Source of the DNA: a virus
Direction: 5' to 3' (one strand)
Length of the DNA: 64,000 nt
Virus record (IMG/VR): IMGVR_UViG_3300027792_000292
Location: 1 to 64,000 of that record
Shown here: positions 41,420 through 51,148 of the stretch, piece by piece
Layout of the letters: the number at the start of each line of letters is the position of its first letter
How positions within the stretch are numbered: position 1 is the first letter of the stretch
Notes under the pieces: generated by a model
Database searches by the model: none
Seen by the model: only the letters and a program-made list of their open reading frames with translations
What the model was told of the DNA's origin: nothing
Made by a program: the position numbers and the translations under genes

Positions 41420-44400
41420 ATGAAAACTATATCTAATCTGAGCGAAACTGAAAAGCTAGGTAAGAGACGCTTTAAAAGTGGTATCGAGTTTGAGAAGCAG
41501 GTAAGAGACCTTACTGCTACTATACAAACTCGACTATTAAGTGTTTTGCCCAGTAATTATCCTAAGAATAATAGTACAAATTTAGGATTGATGTATAAGG
41601 CTATTGCTCATGAATTGGCGCTGCTTCAAACGTCTTTGTCTGATATAATTGAAGACCAATATCATACTACAACCAGAATAGAATACATATATCAAATCCT
41701 TGGGGATCTTCTTTTTCTTGGTTCGAAGTCCATCAACGAAAATCTTGCAGACACAGAATATAGAGACTTCTTAATAAAGGTAAGAAATGCCTATTTTGTA
41801 GGAAGCTCAAAAGATAACATAGAATCTTCTGTTTCGGACATACTTGGATTACCTGTTACCCTAAAAGAGTTATATCTTGAGTTAAGAAATCCAGAGACTT
41901 CCTATACATTAAAAGATACTAACAAGATGTTTTTTGACATCTTGATGGACTCGGTAACAGCCTCATCTAACATTGGTAATATGCTGGAAGATATAAGATT
42001 TTTTATCAATCTTATAAAGCCTGCTCATACCCTATATGATACAAGACTAATCTATACAGAATCTTTCGAAAATAATGATGGGGCCTGTGAACCAGTGTAT
42101 GATGATATTGAGATAACGGAAGATATATATGATACGGATAGAATGTATGTTATCACCTATCTTACTACAAAAATATCTCAACTGGAGATTGCCAGTGCTT
42201 TGCCCACTGGAGGAGTTATAGCAGAAATTGATACATTAAATAGGGTTATTATTTTTACAGATAACAGGATTTTAGTCTATAGGGTAAGCACAACAATAAT
42301 TCATAGGGATTTGTCAGATGTTGAAACAACAATTTCGGCAGATGACCTTGATGTAGGAGATTATTTAGAATTTGTAGGTACAGTAGATAGTAGCACAACA
42401 TCCTCCATCATAGATACGGATTGGCTATATACAGGGATTATTTCAGATATTAATGCAACTACTGAACTTGTAACTTTAGAAGATGGAAGTATTATTACAT
42501 ATAATGATGATACTTTAGCATATACAAGAGATGGAGCCGGGGAGCATAGAATAGAAGTAACTGACGTAGAAATAGGTCAGACTATCATATTCAGAGCAAA
42601 AAAGTACACAGATGAATTTCAGTTCTATAACGTCCCCACACAGGTTCAAAGTAACTACTATAAGCAATTTGATAGGGCTGTGGTAGAAAGACCTTTTTTC
42701 CAGGAGAATGTAAAAAAGGTCTTTGAAACGAGAGATGATATTGAAGAAGGATACCATGTTATTGTTGAAGACGGTATTGCTAAAGTAGTATTGGTTGATG
42801 GGAGATTTTACAAACAGTTAAACAAGAAAACTTATAAAAACGTAAAGATAACAAGGTACAGTTTATTTATAGACAATACCTATCAGGCTACTTTAAGTTA
42901 TGAAGAGCCGAATAATATTCAGGGCTTAGATGAAATAAAGAATACCTTCGCTGAAGACTATGGTTTTACAGGATTAAATGTTCCAAGTACTGACTACCAG
43001 ATAAAGATATATCATACAGGAGAACTAAAAGAATCATCTACTGACAGCGTGCTACAAACAAGCTATGATGATACAACCCATCTTTGCGACAGGCGTGCTG
43101 GGTGCTCTTTGCTCCCAATGTATGAAGATACCAGAAAGTACTGGACATGGCCTGACCTACAGCTTGTATCTGGATTCTTCAATAGCGTAGACCTTATTTA
43201 TGTATCTCCAGACATTTCAGGTCATAGTGTCCCAGGTTATTTTAGAATCTCAGATGATCCTAATAGCTATAGTGCCCCTATCCTGCCTATGTTTGGACCT
43301 TCAGGAGAATTAGCCACAGCAGCAGATTTGATTGTTTATCTCAATGGCTTAAAGGTAGAGGATGCCATAGATTCGGTTGATCCGTGGACAGGAATCATAT
43401 TCCTTAACTTCCTCCCACCATCAAACTCTAAAATCAGAGTGGATTATTACTACTCAAAGAGATATCCAGACCCAGTAAATTATACTGTATATGACCAGAA
43501 TAATTTAAAGTCTTATTATATAGATGAAACCGGAAATAAAGTATATAGAACTAAAAATTTGATACACCAAGATATAGGAGCCTCTTTTTCAATTATGCAG
43601 GGTCTTACTGGACCCTCTCCGAGACTTAGATGGCCTTTCCCAGTAAATGATCCGATGCTATTAGGGGATGATACTGATTATCAAATGAATCTTTTCCCTA
43701 TATTGAACAGGACAGGTCAACTTGCTTTTCCTGATGATATCTCTGTCTCTATCGGTTCAGTAGTAACTTCAAAACAAGTAAGCACCGCTATAGGATTAGA
43801 TGTAGTAGGAATGCCTAATATCCCAACAGGAATCACAGGTGGCGATACCATAGTAATAGATGCCACTAATTATTTGGATAATACACTTATATATAGTATT
43901 GTTGGACTTACAGGTATTGTTGGTATTACGGGCACTGAAGGGATAACCGGGGATATAGGAGTGGTTATCAATTCTCCTTTTCCTGTAGCATCCCAAACAC
44001 TATTTGAAAGCACTATAATAAGATACACTGGTGTTACAGGAGCCGTAGAAAGTGTAAGACCTCTACTTGGTCATGTAAAGATTAACTTTTTACCCCCATC
44101 AGGTTCAGTCCTGAAGTTTGAGTACTACTATACGCATTTTGAAAGAAAATATAGATTTCAGACAGATTACACAAATGATTATTCAAAAACATTAGACCCA
44201 GGGTGGCATTACCAAGACTCGGGGTCTTTACCAGATATTTCCTATGGTCCAAGGTTTGGGTATAGCTTAGTTTTGGATTATGGTGTCACAGGGATGAGAG
44301 ACCCTGTTATTGATTTTGAGATGTTGAAGAAAATAGGGTACCGCTATCGTGCTTTCAATCTGTCACACAGTGCTGTTCTTAATTCATCGGATACGCTTGA

Positions 44401-46102
44401 GAATGATACCTATGACAAGTCTGGATTAAGAGCCTCTCTTGGAACAGGATCAAACACGTTAGACCGTTATGATTTGACTTTCAGCCCAGAATATTTGACT
44501 GATACCGACCCGAATGTAGTGCTTAATGATAACTACCTAAAGAAAGATATTCCGGCAGCTACTCAGTTGTATCCTGGAACTCCTCCTTTCGTGAAGACTT
44601 TTACGGATGACGGTCATGCTAAACTATTTATACTTCCTGAAGGTGAAGATACCTATGTAGAAGCAGACCTTGTTCAGCATGATTTGAAAGCAGGATTTAC
44701 TATTATTGATTCAGACGAGTCTGGTCTAATAGACCATAATAAAGTATGTGCTTATCCGATAAATCAAAAGATTAACCTGTACTCAGATCTGAAGATAGAA
44801 GAGTTTAGTAATGGTGGTTTTGATGCCCCGATCTCAACAATAACCGAGGGAAGTAGAACCATACCTTTTAAAATGCTGATGATTGATCAGTACTATCCCA
44901 ATAGAGAAATGAGAGTAAATGACTATTTGGATTACATAAATAGAGTTCCTTTTGATATCCAGGAAGGACGAGCCAAAACATTAAATGGATCAAAGACTAT
45001 AAAGAGTATTGATAAAAACTGGCTTGTACTACATATAGGAGATCAAATAACTCTAAAGAATATACCTAAAAGGATTTGGAATACAACACTTAGAGAATAT
45101 GAAACGATTATAGAAGATGTTATTTATACGATAGTAGAGGTCATAGATAGTGCTACTATAAGACTGCATACTTCATTTAAAGAGGTAAGTGGTACATATG
45201 ACTATTCTATAACAAGACATGTAGTATTCAATGTAGATACGTATTTGAATAAAGTAACTAGGAACATAGTTTTTAAGGCAGGTAATCCTTTTACCTATGG
45301 ATTTACACAGTCCTACTTGGAGCATTTTCCTGGGTACAGTACAGGTGACACAGGTTTTGGTTTCCAGATGACTTTCACTGATTCTGACCCTGATCCGTAT
45401 CCGATGAATCCAAATAACCCCAATATAAATGGTTTTCCTGCGGGATCTCAACTTTTATCGTCTGAAATAATAAAAGAAAACGGCAAATCAGTATATTACC
45501 ATATTACAGGACATGCAGGTTTTACAGGGCCTAGCGGAGCGGTTGACTTAGGTATTACAGGACCCACCAATGAAACCAACCCTACAATAGTTGATGGGGA
45601 TGATAAGTACTTCATTCCTGGTGGAGAAACAGGATACTTTTTATCCTATAGTGAGGCTGAATACAGAGTACAATGGAGGAACTGGGATCAAGACATAATG
45701 ATAGTGAGTTTTGGTGGTTTAACAGGCCCTAATGCGGGAGTTATCATAGAAGATCCAATAAACATGTTGGATGATTACGCAGAAGGTTTAAGAAGAAGTT
45801 ATTGGAGTAATAGTTTGGGTTTTACGGGATTAGTTCATAACTTCTATTTTGGATCGGTTATAGAAACATCTAAGAACGAAAGTACGATTGTAAATACAGT
45901 AGATTACCCGGAGGGGTTGATTGTTCTTACTGATTCGGAAGCGGTAGAGATAGAAGACTTACTTAATCTATCTATAGATCCAACAGATGTTGTGTTAAAT
46001 CTTAATAACACCCAATATGCTTTGCGTACAAGGATAGTTAGGGAATTACTATTTGATAATACAGTAAGAGTAACTGAAATAAGAGAATTTGAGAGACCCT
46101 AA
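41420..46102 (+). CDS. Baseplate wedge protein (tail protein I/gp7-like N-terminus) with large C-terminal extension
   Basis: The N-terminal 'LLSVLPSNYP...DTEYRDFLIK...AYFVGSSKDNIE...INLIKPAHT' matches the gpI/gp7-like pattern. Duplicated 'xVxPxxGxxxxNFLPPSxSxxxxxYYY' motif. Many GxTG motifs. Confidence 0.65.
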   Translation: MKTISNLSETEKLGKRRFKSGIEFEKQVRDLTATIQTRLLSVLPSNYPKNNSTNLGLMYKAIAHELALLQTSLSDIIEDQYHTTTRIEYIYQILGDLLFLGSKSINENLADTEYRDFLIKVRNAYFVGSSKDNIESSVSDILGLPVTLKELYLELRNPETSYTLKDTNKMFFDILMDSVTASSNIGNMLEDIRFFINLIKPAHTLYDTRLIYTESFENNDGACEPVYDDIEITEDIYDTDRMYVITYLTTKISQLEIASALPTGGVIAEIDTLNRVIIFTDNRILVYRVSTTIIHRDLSDVETTISADDLDVGDYLEFVGTVDSSTTSSIIDTDWLYTGIISDINATTELVTLEDGSIITYNDDTLAYTRDGAGEHRIEVTDVEIGQTIIFRAKKYTDEFQFYNVPTQVQSNYYKQFDRAVVERPFFQENVKKVFETRDDIEEGYHVIVEDGIAKVVLVDGRFYKQLNKKTYKNVKITRYSLFIDNTYQATLSYEEPNNIQGLDEIKNTFAEDYGFTGLNVPSTDYQIKIYHTGELKESSTDSVLQTSYDDTTHLCDRRAGCSLLPMYEDTRKYWTWPDLQLVSGFFNSVDLIYVSPDISGHSVPGYFRISDDPNSYSAPILPMFGPSGELATAADLIVYLNGLKVEDAIDSVDPWTGIIFLNFLPPSNSKIRVDYYYSKRYPDPVNYTVYDQNNLKSYYIDETGNKVYRTKNLIHQDIGASFSIMQGLTGPSPRLRWPFPVNDPMLLGDDTDYQMNLFPILNRTGQLAFPDDISVSIGSVVTSKQVSTAIGLDVVGMPNIPTGITGGDTIVIDATNYLDNTLIYSIVGLTGIVGITGTEGITGDIGVVINSPFPVASQTLFESTIIRYTGVTGAVESVRPLLGHVKINFLPPSGSVLKFEYYYTHFERKYRFQTDYTNDYSKTLDPGWHYQDSGSLPDISYGPRFGYSLVLDYGVTGMRDPVIDFEMLKKIGYRYRAFNLSHSAVLNSSDTLENDTYDKSGLRASLGTGSNTLDRYDLTFSPEYLTDTDPNVVLNDNYLKKDIPAATQLYPGTPPFVKTFTDDGHAKLFILPEGEDTYVEADLVQHDLKAGFTIIDSDESGLIDHNKVCAYPINQKINLYSDLKIEEFSNGGFDAPISTITEGSRTIPFKMLMIDQYYPNREMRVNDYLDYINRVPFDIQEGRAKTLNGSKTIKSIDKNWLVLHIGDQITLKNIPKRIWNTTLREYETIIEDVIYTIVEVIDSATIRLHTSFKEVSGTYDYSITRHVVFNVDTYLNKVTRNIVFKAGNPFTYGFTQSYLEHFPGYSTGDTGFGFQMTFTDSDPDPYPMNPNNPNINGFPAGSQLLSSEIIKENGKSVYYHITGHAGFTGPSGAVDLGITGPTNETNPTIVDGDDKYFIPGGETGYFLSYSEAEYRVQWRNWDQDIMIVSFGGLTGPNAGVIIEDPINMLDDYAEGLRRSYWSNSLGFTGLVHNFYFGSVIETSKNESTIVNTVDYPEGLIVLTDSEAVEIEDLLNLSIDPTDVVLNLNNTQYALRTRIVRELLFDNTVRVTEIREFERP

Positions 46103-46181
46103 GTATGAGTAGAAAAGTTTCATAAGTTATTTTAGAGGAATTTAAGAAGCTTAACATTCCTATTTAAAGTCTCACGTTCCC

Positions 46182-46196
46182 TAATAATCTACTAAT
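46182..46196 (+). promoter_or_regulatory. Putative late-promoter motif TAATAATCTnnTAAT
   Basis: TAATAATCT-AC-TAAT in the intergenic gap before 46261. Confidence 0.55.
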
Positions 46197-46260
46197 GAAA
46201 AGTACTATTTATAGGTATAGGTTATTTTTGGTCATTTTTATAGAATAAAAAGGAAAAATT

Positions 46261-46842
46261 ATGAGTCTCTTAAAAGAAACCATAAAAGGGCTTAATAAGA
46301 TAGTTATGTCTATAGGATCAGCTATAAGGTATAAGGAACAAACCCCGCGATTAAAAGGGGAATTGTTTATTAAAGCCTATGAAAAAGGGGTATTAGTATA
46401 TGATTATAGGAAGCATAATATAATAGTAAATACTGCCTCCATTCTAATTGCGCGTCTGTTAAAAGACAATACTGAACCTACTAAAGGGATTTCATACCTA
46501 GCAGTCGGTAGCGGTGCTTCTGGTTGGAATCCGTTTGATCCTCCTGCTCCTACGACTTCCCAGACTCTTCTTGAGAGCGAATTTGAAAGAAAAGCAATAG
46601 GGTTATCGACCTTTGTGAACCCTGAAACTGGGGAACCTACGACAAGTGATACTAACATCGTAGATTATTCAGTAACTTTCGGAGAAGCAGAGGCGATAGG
46701 ACCGATCATGGAAATGTCTTTATTCGGAGGGGATGCTACTTCTGAACGTAATACAGGCGGGATGGTAAATTGGAGAACTTTTCCAGTTTTAAATAAGACT
46801 AATAGTATGACCCTAACAATTATTTTTAGAATAACATCATAA
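46261..46842 (+). CDS. Tail-collar/fibre-attachment-like protein
   Basis: 'HNIIVNTASILIARLL...YLAVGSG...PTTSQTLLESEFERK...FGEAEAIGPIMEMSLFGGD...RTFPVLNKT...LTIIFRIT' is typical of phage tail-collar-type domains. Confidence 0.65.
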   Translation: MSLLKETIKGLNKIVMSIGSAIRYKEQTPRLKGELFIKAYEKGVLVYDYRKHNIIVNTASILIARLLKDNTEPTKGISYLAVGSGASGWNPFDPPAPTTSQTLLESEFERKAIGLSTFVNPETGEPTTSDTNIVDYSVTFGEAEAIGPIMEMSLFGGDATSERNTGGMVNWRTFPVLNKTNSMTLTIIFRITS

Positions 46843-46843
46843 T

Positions 46844-47827
46844 ATGAAGCATTTGATTAAGAAATATTCCCTAAGCAGGTCCAACGTTATAGGACATGTC
46901 AGAGTTAATGACTCAGGTATCTGTATTATTGCTAAGGATAATGTCATTAGGACTATTGTTAATGGGTGTGATATATTTAATATACCAATGGATAAGAATG
47001 CTATAGATGTAGTAGCACATGTACTAGCTAATATAGTATTTCTACTTAATAAGGCTGAGGATAAGCCTAAGATAGTTATAATAACAGATGATTGGAATAC
47101 AGATGGTGAATACCCTTCTACAGAATTGTTAGATAAAACTATAAAGTATGTTAAACCGCAAGTACAAGAAAATAACTTAGTAATTAAGAAAAAGGAACAA
47201 GGAGAAAGAAATATAAGTCAATTTCTTTCTCCTAATTTTTCATCTGGAACACCTATATCCACAGATATCCTTAAAAGGAATTTAGAAGTTTTGAGTGGTA
47301 AGCTTAGAGGTGTTACCGCAGTACTTCAAGAGGGTACTGACTATGGGATGATGCTAACAAGAAGAAAACTAATAAATTCTATGTGGGGAGCTAAGCCCAC
47401 ACAATTGTTTTTAGAAAGTGCTCGATTGAAACTATCTGAAAACTCTGAAAGTACAGTAAAGCTGGATTTTTTTTGTGACCTGATTGATAAAGGTTTAAAT
47501 CAATTAGTTAGTAAAACAAGAGAACTGAGTAATGGTGAAAATATCAAATATATCTGTAACATATTGATTCCAGATATAATTAGTAATTATGAGGCTATTA
47601 AGAATATAATAATAAAAGGTGTAATAGCCCTGACTCCATTAATTTATTTAGATGAGATTTTTCAAAAAAATACTAGTTTTCCATCGAGTTGGTTTGTATC
47701 GGATGAGTTAATGGGTGACATAGTAAATTCATACGATAACCTAATTGCTTTTTTAGCAACGATACCAAAGATAGAATCAAGGGTAATATTTCCATTAGAT
47801 TTCTATAAGCACCAGATATCTCAGTAA
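46844..47827 (+). CDS. Hypothetical protein
   Basis: 327-aa ORF tightly packed between its neighbours. No recognisable motif. Confidence 0.65.
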   Translation: MKHLIKKYSLSRSNVIGHVRVNDSGICIIAKDNVIRTIVNGCDIFNIPMDKNAIDVVAHVLANIVFLLNKAEDKPKIVIITDDWNTDGEYPSTELLDKTIKYVKPQVQENNLVIKKKEQGERNISQFLSPNFSSGTPISTDILKRNLEVLSGKLRGVTAVLQEGTDYGMMLTRRKLINSMWGAKPTQLFLESARLKLSENSESTVKLDFFCDLIDKGLNQLVSKTRELSNGENIKYICNILIPDIISNYEAIKNIIIKGVIALTPLIYLDEIFQKNTSFPSSWFVSDELMGDIVNSYDNLIAFLATIPKIESRVIFPLDFYKHQISQ

Positions 47828-47833
47828 TAGGAA

Positions 47834-50800
47834 ATGAAAATGAGTGATAACTTTGGAAATTTACAGAGCCGCGTTCTTGATGTAGACGGACGTAACCTGG
47901 ATAATGTTGTATTCCAGGAAACACGTCAGTGTCTTACATCTGAACTTAATCTAATAAATCAGATAGCCTCTCTTAAGCAGCAACAAGGACTTAAGGCTAT
48001 TATGCCTTCAGGCTGGTTAAAAGTTGATACAGTAGAAGATACCAATGCTTTAAATGCTATAGATTATACAACTGAGCAAAATTCTGAAGATAGAGCACGT
48101 AGTGGTCAAACTCTAACATCAAAAACATACGCAGCTAATAGCTTTAAACTTATATCTCGTAGCGATAGTAACGTGGCAGTTGTTAATGGGTGGCCTCTTG
48201 TAATTTCTGGTTCTAACTCTTCCGATGAGAATAATATTATCACTCTTCCACCACCTTCTGGTAGTAGCTATAGGTATGATTTGGTTTTCTTAGAAGTATG
48301 GAAAAAGCTTATAGGGGAAAATGATAACATATATCCTTATGGTAATACTCAGGCTATACCATTGACGGATAATGAGATAGTTTGGGATAGGCTTGGGTAT
48401 GAAACTACAAAAAGAGTACAGATACAGTATAGAATAAGAACTTACATAAGTTCTTACTATATAAATCCTGTAGATTTTGATGCATACCCTGAAGGACTTG
48501 GCTCTAGTATGGTTAAAGCTGTAGGAGGCAATAGCTCAGGAAGCTACACATCGTTAGCATTCTCCAATTTTGGCTCTGAAGATCCAGGTTTATATATTGC
48601 TGGTACAGGTTCTGATGATGATAAAGAAACATTGAATACTGTTGATGGATATGTTTACGCCATTCCTATGTACATTGTATATCGCAGAGCAGAATCCGAT
48701 TTTGGTTCCACGCAAACACATGGTGCCGGAATAAATCAATCAGAACTGATTACAGGTTTTAGGTCAGACAGACCAGATGCTCTATATCTAAATATAGTGA
48801 ATAACACGGATATTATTGATATAAGGCATCAGATAGTTACCTCAGGGCAACATTTAGATCTTATAGCAAGAAGAACATTTAGAAAGCTCGTAGCTGGAGA
48901 ACTCACCACTACAAAGAGTAAGGGTTTTGGAGTAAGCGGTGTCAGGGTTGTAAATTCTGGCGGCTCAAAACTTTTGAAACTTGAACAGGTTAACGGTAAT
49001 ACTATAGATGCTCCGAACATTGGAAGCGGGGTATCTGGTTCTGCTTTCAAGAAAAGAGTATATGCAAACTGTGCTATTACAAAAGATAACAATATTATTG
49101 CTGTTCCTGCAAATGGGCCCTCTGGAAGCTCTTGGATTGCAGAGCCTATTGCAGTATCTTCTTTTATTGATACTACAAATGGTACTGTTTCATCTTCTAA
49201 TAATTCTTTCTATGCCCCTGACCTTGGTGCTCCTGTTACTGGAATCACTTGTAACGGTACTACCGTAACTATTGATGCAGGTTCCAATATGATAGGGCAA
49301 TCAAGCACTGTAGTTCTTTATATGCAGTTTACCTATGAGTACAATGCCGGAAATAATGGATTAAAAGATGTTCCTAAAGAATTTTATGAGATATCAAAAG
49401 ATGTAAGAGTTCCTATAGCTACCCGAGATAATGATGTTTTATTGAGGTCTGATAATAGTTTGAACCCTTTACAGTTTGATACGAACGGTATTTGTATTTC
49501 AGACGCAGTGACTAATGAACAGGATTATGTTCATTATTGTGGCGGTCAATACACAGAAAACTATAATTTTGGGCATGACTTAGTTGTATTTAGAACATTA
49601 AATTCTGGAACCAGTATAAGTATAACATGTGACAATAAAAAACTAAATGGATATATTATACTTGGAGTGAAAAGTATTCAAGCTGAAGGAACCACAGGAT
49701 TTGGAGATTATAGGAATAATCTTGAGTTCACAATACAGAGAAGCACTACAGGCACCACAGTAGTCTATTCTATTGAAATAATCTCTACACTTCCAGCTAC
49801 TCCATGTAAGTTAAAGATAGCTTTGTATACTGGTTCAGGTGCATCTATAGCGGATTCAATAAAATTTTTTGAGATGTCAAAACAGGGTAGAGGAATCACT
49901 GACATTTATGAGATGATTGAAGTAACAGCAACAGCAGACGGAACTGGAAACTTTTGGATAGACACAGGTGACAAACCTATTATTGCGATAGCTTCCAGGA
50001 CATTAACACAAAGTGGATTTACGATTGGTAAGGCTTATGGATATTATACTGTAGGATCTTCGGAGACATTTACTGATTTATCTCGTTACACAACACTTAC
50101 TTTAGATGTTAATGAGAATCTTCCTGTATTAGAGACTCCTGAAGATGGTACGGATATTACATGGTTACCTACAAGAATTAAGCTTCATGCTGAAGATATT
50201 AATGCAGAGGGGGCTACAATAAAAGTTCCTGTATTAGTGCATAGCTATATATCCTCAGGTGAAAGTGCCTATAATATTTTTTATAAGCTAAATCCTTATC
50301 AGGGTATTTTGAATTCTGTGAAGTATGGTAGAATTGAAGCTGAAGCCCCAGCAATAATCACTTCAGAAGGTTCTGGTGCTATTACAGACTATACATATAC
50401 TACGGGTACCTGTGCTTTCTTAAAAGGTAGCAGAGACGTTGTTGGTACAAATACTTATTGGTCAAATAAGGTAAAAAATGGAGATTATATAAGAGTTACA
50501 TTAGGATCTTATTATTATCGTATACTTAGCGTAGATAGTGATACGCAGATTACTTTGGCTGAAACTTATGTACAAGATTCAGTTAGTACTCAATATGAGA
50601 TAATTAGATTAGATACTCCTGCTAACAACATATCTAACATAATAGATAGGATGCCGACTCATACTATTGAGGATTATACGGGTAAATCTTCCCCACTAAA
50701 TATTGTAACTTTGCCAGAAGCTTCTTTTTATGAAACGAGTCCAAAAGTACGAATACAGGACCCTCTCGATACAATCACGAATGATTTCATCTTGGGAAGT

Positions 50801-51139
50801 ACGTCAAAAACTAATAGTAGAGGGAGATATAATTTCTTGCTTACTTTAGGTAAAAATGATATTTTTAGACTTGGGGTTCAGACTCCTGAGATTTTTTACG
50901 AAAATAGCACAGCATGGACATCTGCACTAGGCACGAAGAAAGTTTTTCAGGCTTATCTATTTAATGATGCGATAATTACAAGTGGGAAAGCTAATGACCT
51001 AACAGGTAAAATATATCTTCTTGTTATAGGCAGTGAGAATAGCAGTAGTGGGCCAGAGACAAAGCTTAATAATACAAGTGAAACTGATGTAGTAGAACTA
51101 TTTGAATTAGAGGGTAGACCTATTATAAAGTCTATGTAA
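47834..51139 (+). CDS. Tail/baseplate structural protein, paralogue of 22565..26995
   Basis: Shared blocks: VVFQ..SELN, MPSGWL, VNGWP, DLVFLEVW, IYPYGN, ETTKRVQIQYRIR, DGYVYAIPM, RPD..IV..DIIDIR, C-terminal 'PII'. A fibre-like 'VVGTNTYWS...GDYIR...ILSVDSDTQITL' segment lies near the end. Confidence 0.75.
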   Translation: MKMSDNFGNLQSRVLDVDGRNLDNVVFQETRQCLTSELNLINQIASLKQQQGLKAIMPSGWLKVDTVEDTNALNAIDYTTEQNSEDRARSGQTLTSKTYAANSFKLISRSDSNVAVVNGWPLVISGSNSSDENNIITLPPPSGSSYRYDLVFLEVWKKLIGENDNIYPYGNTQAIPLTDNEIVWDRLGYETTKRVQIQYRIRTYISSYYINPVDFDAYPEGLGSSMVKAVGGNSSGSYTSLAFSNFGSEDPGLYIAGTGSDDDKETLNTVDGYVYAIPMYIVYRRAESDFGSTQTHGAGINQSELITGFRSDRPDALYLNIVNNTDIIDIRHQIVTSGQHLDLIARRTFRKLVAGELTTTKSKGFGVSGVRVVNSGGSKLLKLEQVNGNTIDAPNIGSGVSGSAFKKRVYANCAITKDNNIIAVPANGPSGSSWIAEPIAVSSFIDTTNGTVSSSNNSFYAPDLGAPVTGITCNGTTVTIDAGSNMIGQSSTVVLYMQFTYEYNAGNNGLKDVPKEFYEISKDVRVPIATRDNDVLLRSDNSLNPLQFDTNGICISDAVTNEQDYVHYCGGQYTENYNFGHDLVVFRTLNSGTSISITCDNKKLNGYIILGVKSIQAEGTTGFGDYRNNLEFTIQRSTTGTTVVYSIEIISTLPATPCKLKIALYTGSGASIADSIKFFEMSKQGRGITDIYEMIEVTATADGTGNFWIDTGDKPIIAIASRTLTQSGFTIGKAYGYYTVGSSETFTDLSRYTTLTLDVNENLPVLETPEDGTDITWLPTRIKLHAEDINAEGATIKVPVLVHSYISSGESAYNIFYKLNPYQGILNSVKYGRIEAEAPAIITSEGSGAITDYTYTTGTCAFLKGSRDVVGTNTYWSNKVKNGDYIRVTLGSYYYRILSVDSDTQITLAETYVQDSVSTQYEIIRLDTPANNISNIIDRMPTHTIEDYTGKSSPLNIVTLPEASFYETSPKVRIQDPLDTITNDFILGSTSKTNSRGRYNFLLTLGKNDIFRLGVQTPEIFYENSTAWTSALGTKKVFQAYLFNDAIITSGKANDLTGKIYLLVIGSENSSSGPETKLNNTSETDVVELFELEGRPIIKSM

Positions 51140-51148
51140 GGTGGTAAT

